Assembly (NCBI RefSeq): GCF_006345805.1
Contig: NW_021823684.1
Span: 1-21,885, forward strand
Length of the DNA stretch: 21,885 nt
Reading direction: 5' to 3'
Source: Octopus sinensis
Taxonomy: Eukaryota
Shown here: positions 21,376-21,885 of the stretch, piece by piece
Layout: every line of letters starts with the position of its first letter
How positions within the stretch are numbered: the first letter of the stretch is position 1
Translations under genes and position numbers: made by a program
Notes under the pieces: generated by a model
Databases searched by the model: none
What the model saw: only the letters and a program-made list of their open reading frames with translations
Told to the model about the DNA's origin: nothing

Positions 21376-21506
21376 AATAAGAGGAAATAGAGAGAGAAGG
21401 AAAAAATACCTGCAGGGCTCAGCGTTCCAATGCACACTCACAACCACAGGCACAGATATGTATGTATATACATATATATGTGTGTCTGTGTGTGTGTGAG
21501 TGTCTG

Positions 21507-21752
21507 AGATTGCATCGCCTAGTGCTTAGGGTGTTGCACTTGCGATCAAGCAAGACCGGGTTGTGCGGTGTGTTCTTGAGCAAAAGACTTCATCCCACGT
21601 CAGACTGCGACCACTTCGACACCTGACACGTGGCACACAGTGCGCTTGTTCAGACCGCGTCGATTTGATGGAGATAGTGAGCTAGCATACATCATGAACA
21701 TTCGATCATTATATGCAAATCATTTGGATCGTTCGGCAAAAAGCTGAACACA
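21507..21752 (+). mobile_element. Old tRNA-headed SINE-like element
   Basis: gcctagtgcttagggtgttgcact head, agaccgggttgtgcggtgtgttcttgagcaaaagacttca centre related to family B, different 3' half. Confidence 0.6.
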
Positions 21753-21885
21753 AAACTCATACAACGTCTTATATATATATAATACTTAGATATGTTTCGA
21801 CCAAAGATTGATCCAGGCCATGTCTAACTTAATAGCAACACCTGATAGGATTATCTAAATCATGTTTAAGTAAAGTTTTGTTTAT

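Noticed and set aside
2226-21499. Dozens of ORFs rich in YI, CV, HT, MYVC, LS or poly-Ile
   Set aside because: They are translations of microsatellites that lack stop codons; no coding signal.

Overview
AT-rich, microsatellite-saturated animal genomic DNA, intronic or intergenic in character. The repeat families look like those I recall from coleoid cephalopods (Octopus); this is inference from memory, not a database result. Almost all supplied ORFs are artefacts of (TA)n/(CA)n/(TACA)n tracts. Supported content: at least three families of tRNA-headed SINE-like elements in many copies, some with clear target-site duplications (TSDs); a roughly 1 kb SINE concatemer bounded by one TSD-like repeat; a decayed, 5'-truncated, internally deleted R4/Dong-clade non-LTR retrotransposon stacked with a 578-bp non-coding element inside (TAA)n tracts; a mariner-like TIR remnant; and a roughly 250-bp imperfect palindrome. 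The most interesting signal is a dispersed set of about eight minimal hammerhead-ribozyme-like motifs (best at 21338-21375 and 8079-8107, minus strand), several next to (TA)n, suggesting Penelope/retrozyme-type short elements. A frame-consistent three-exon candidate coding chain lies at 20-524 and is unproven.
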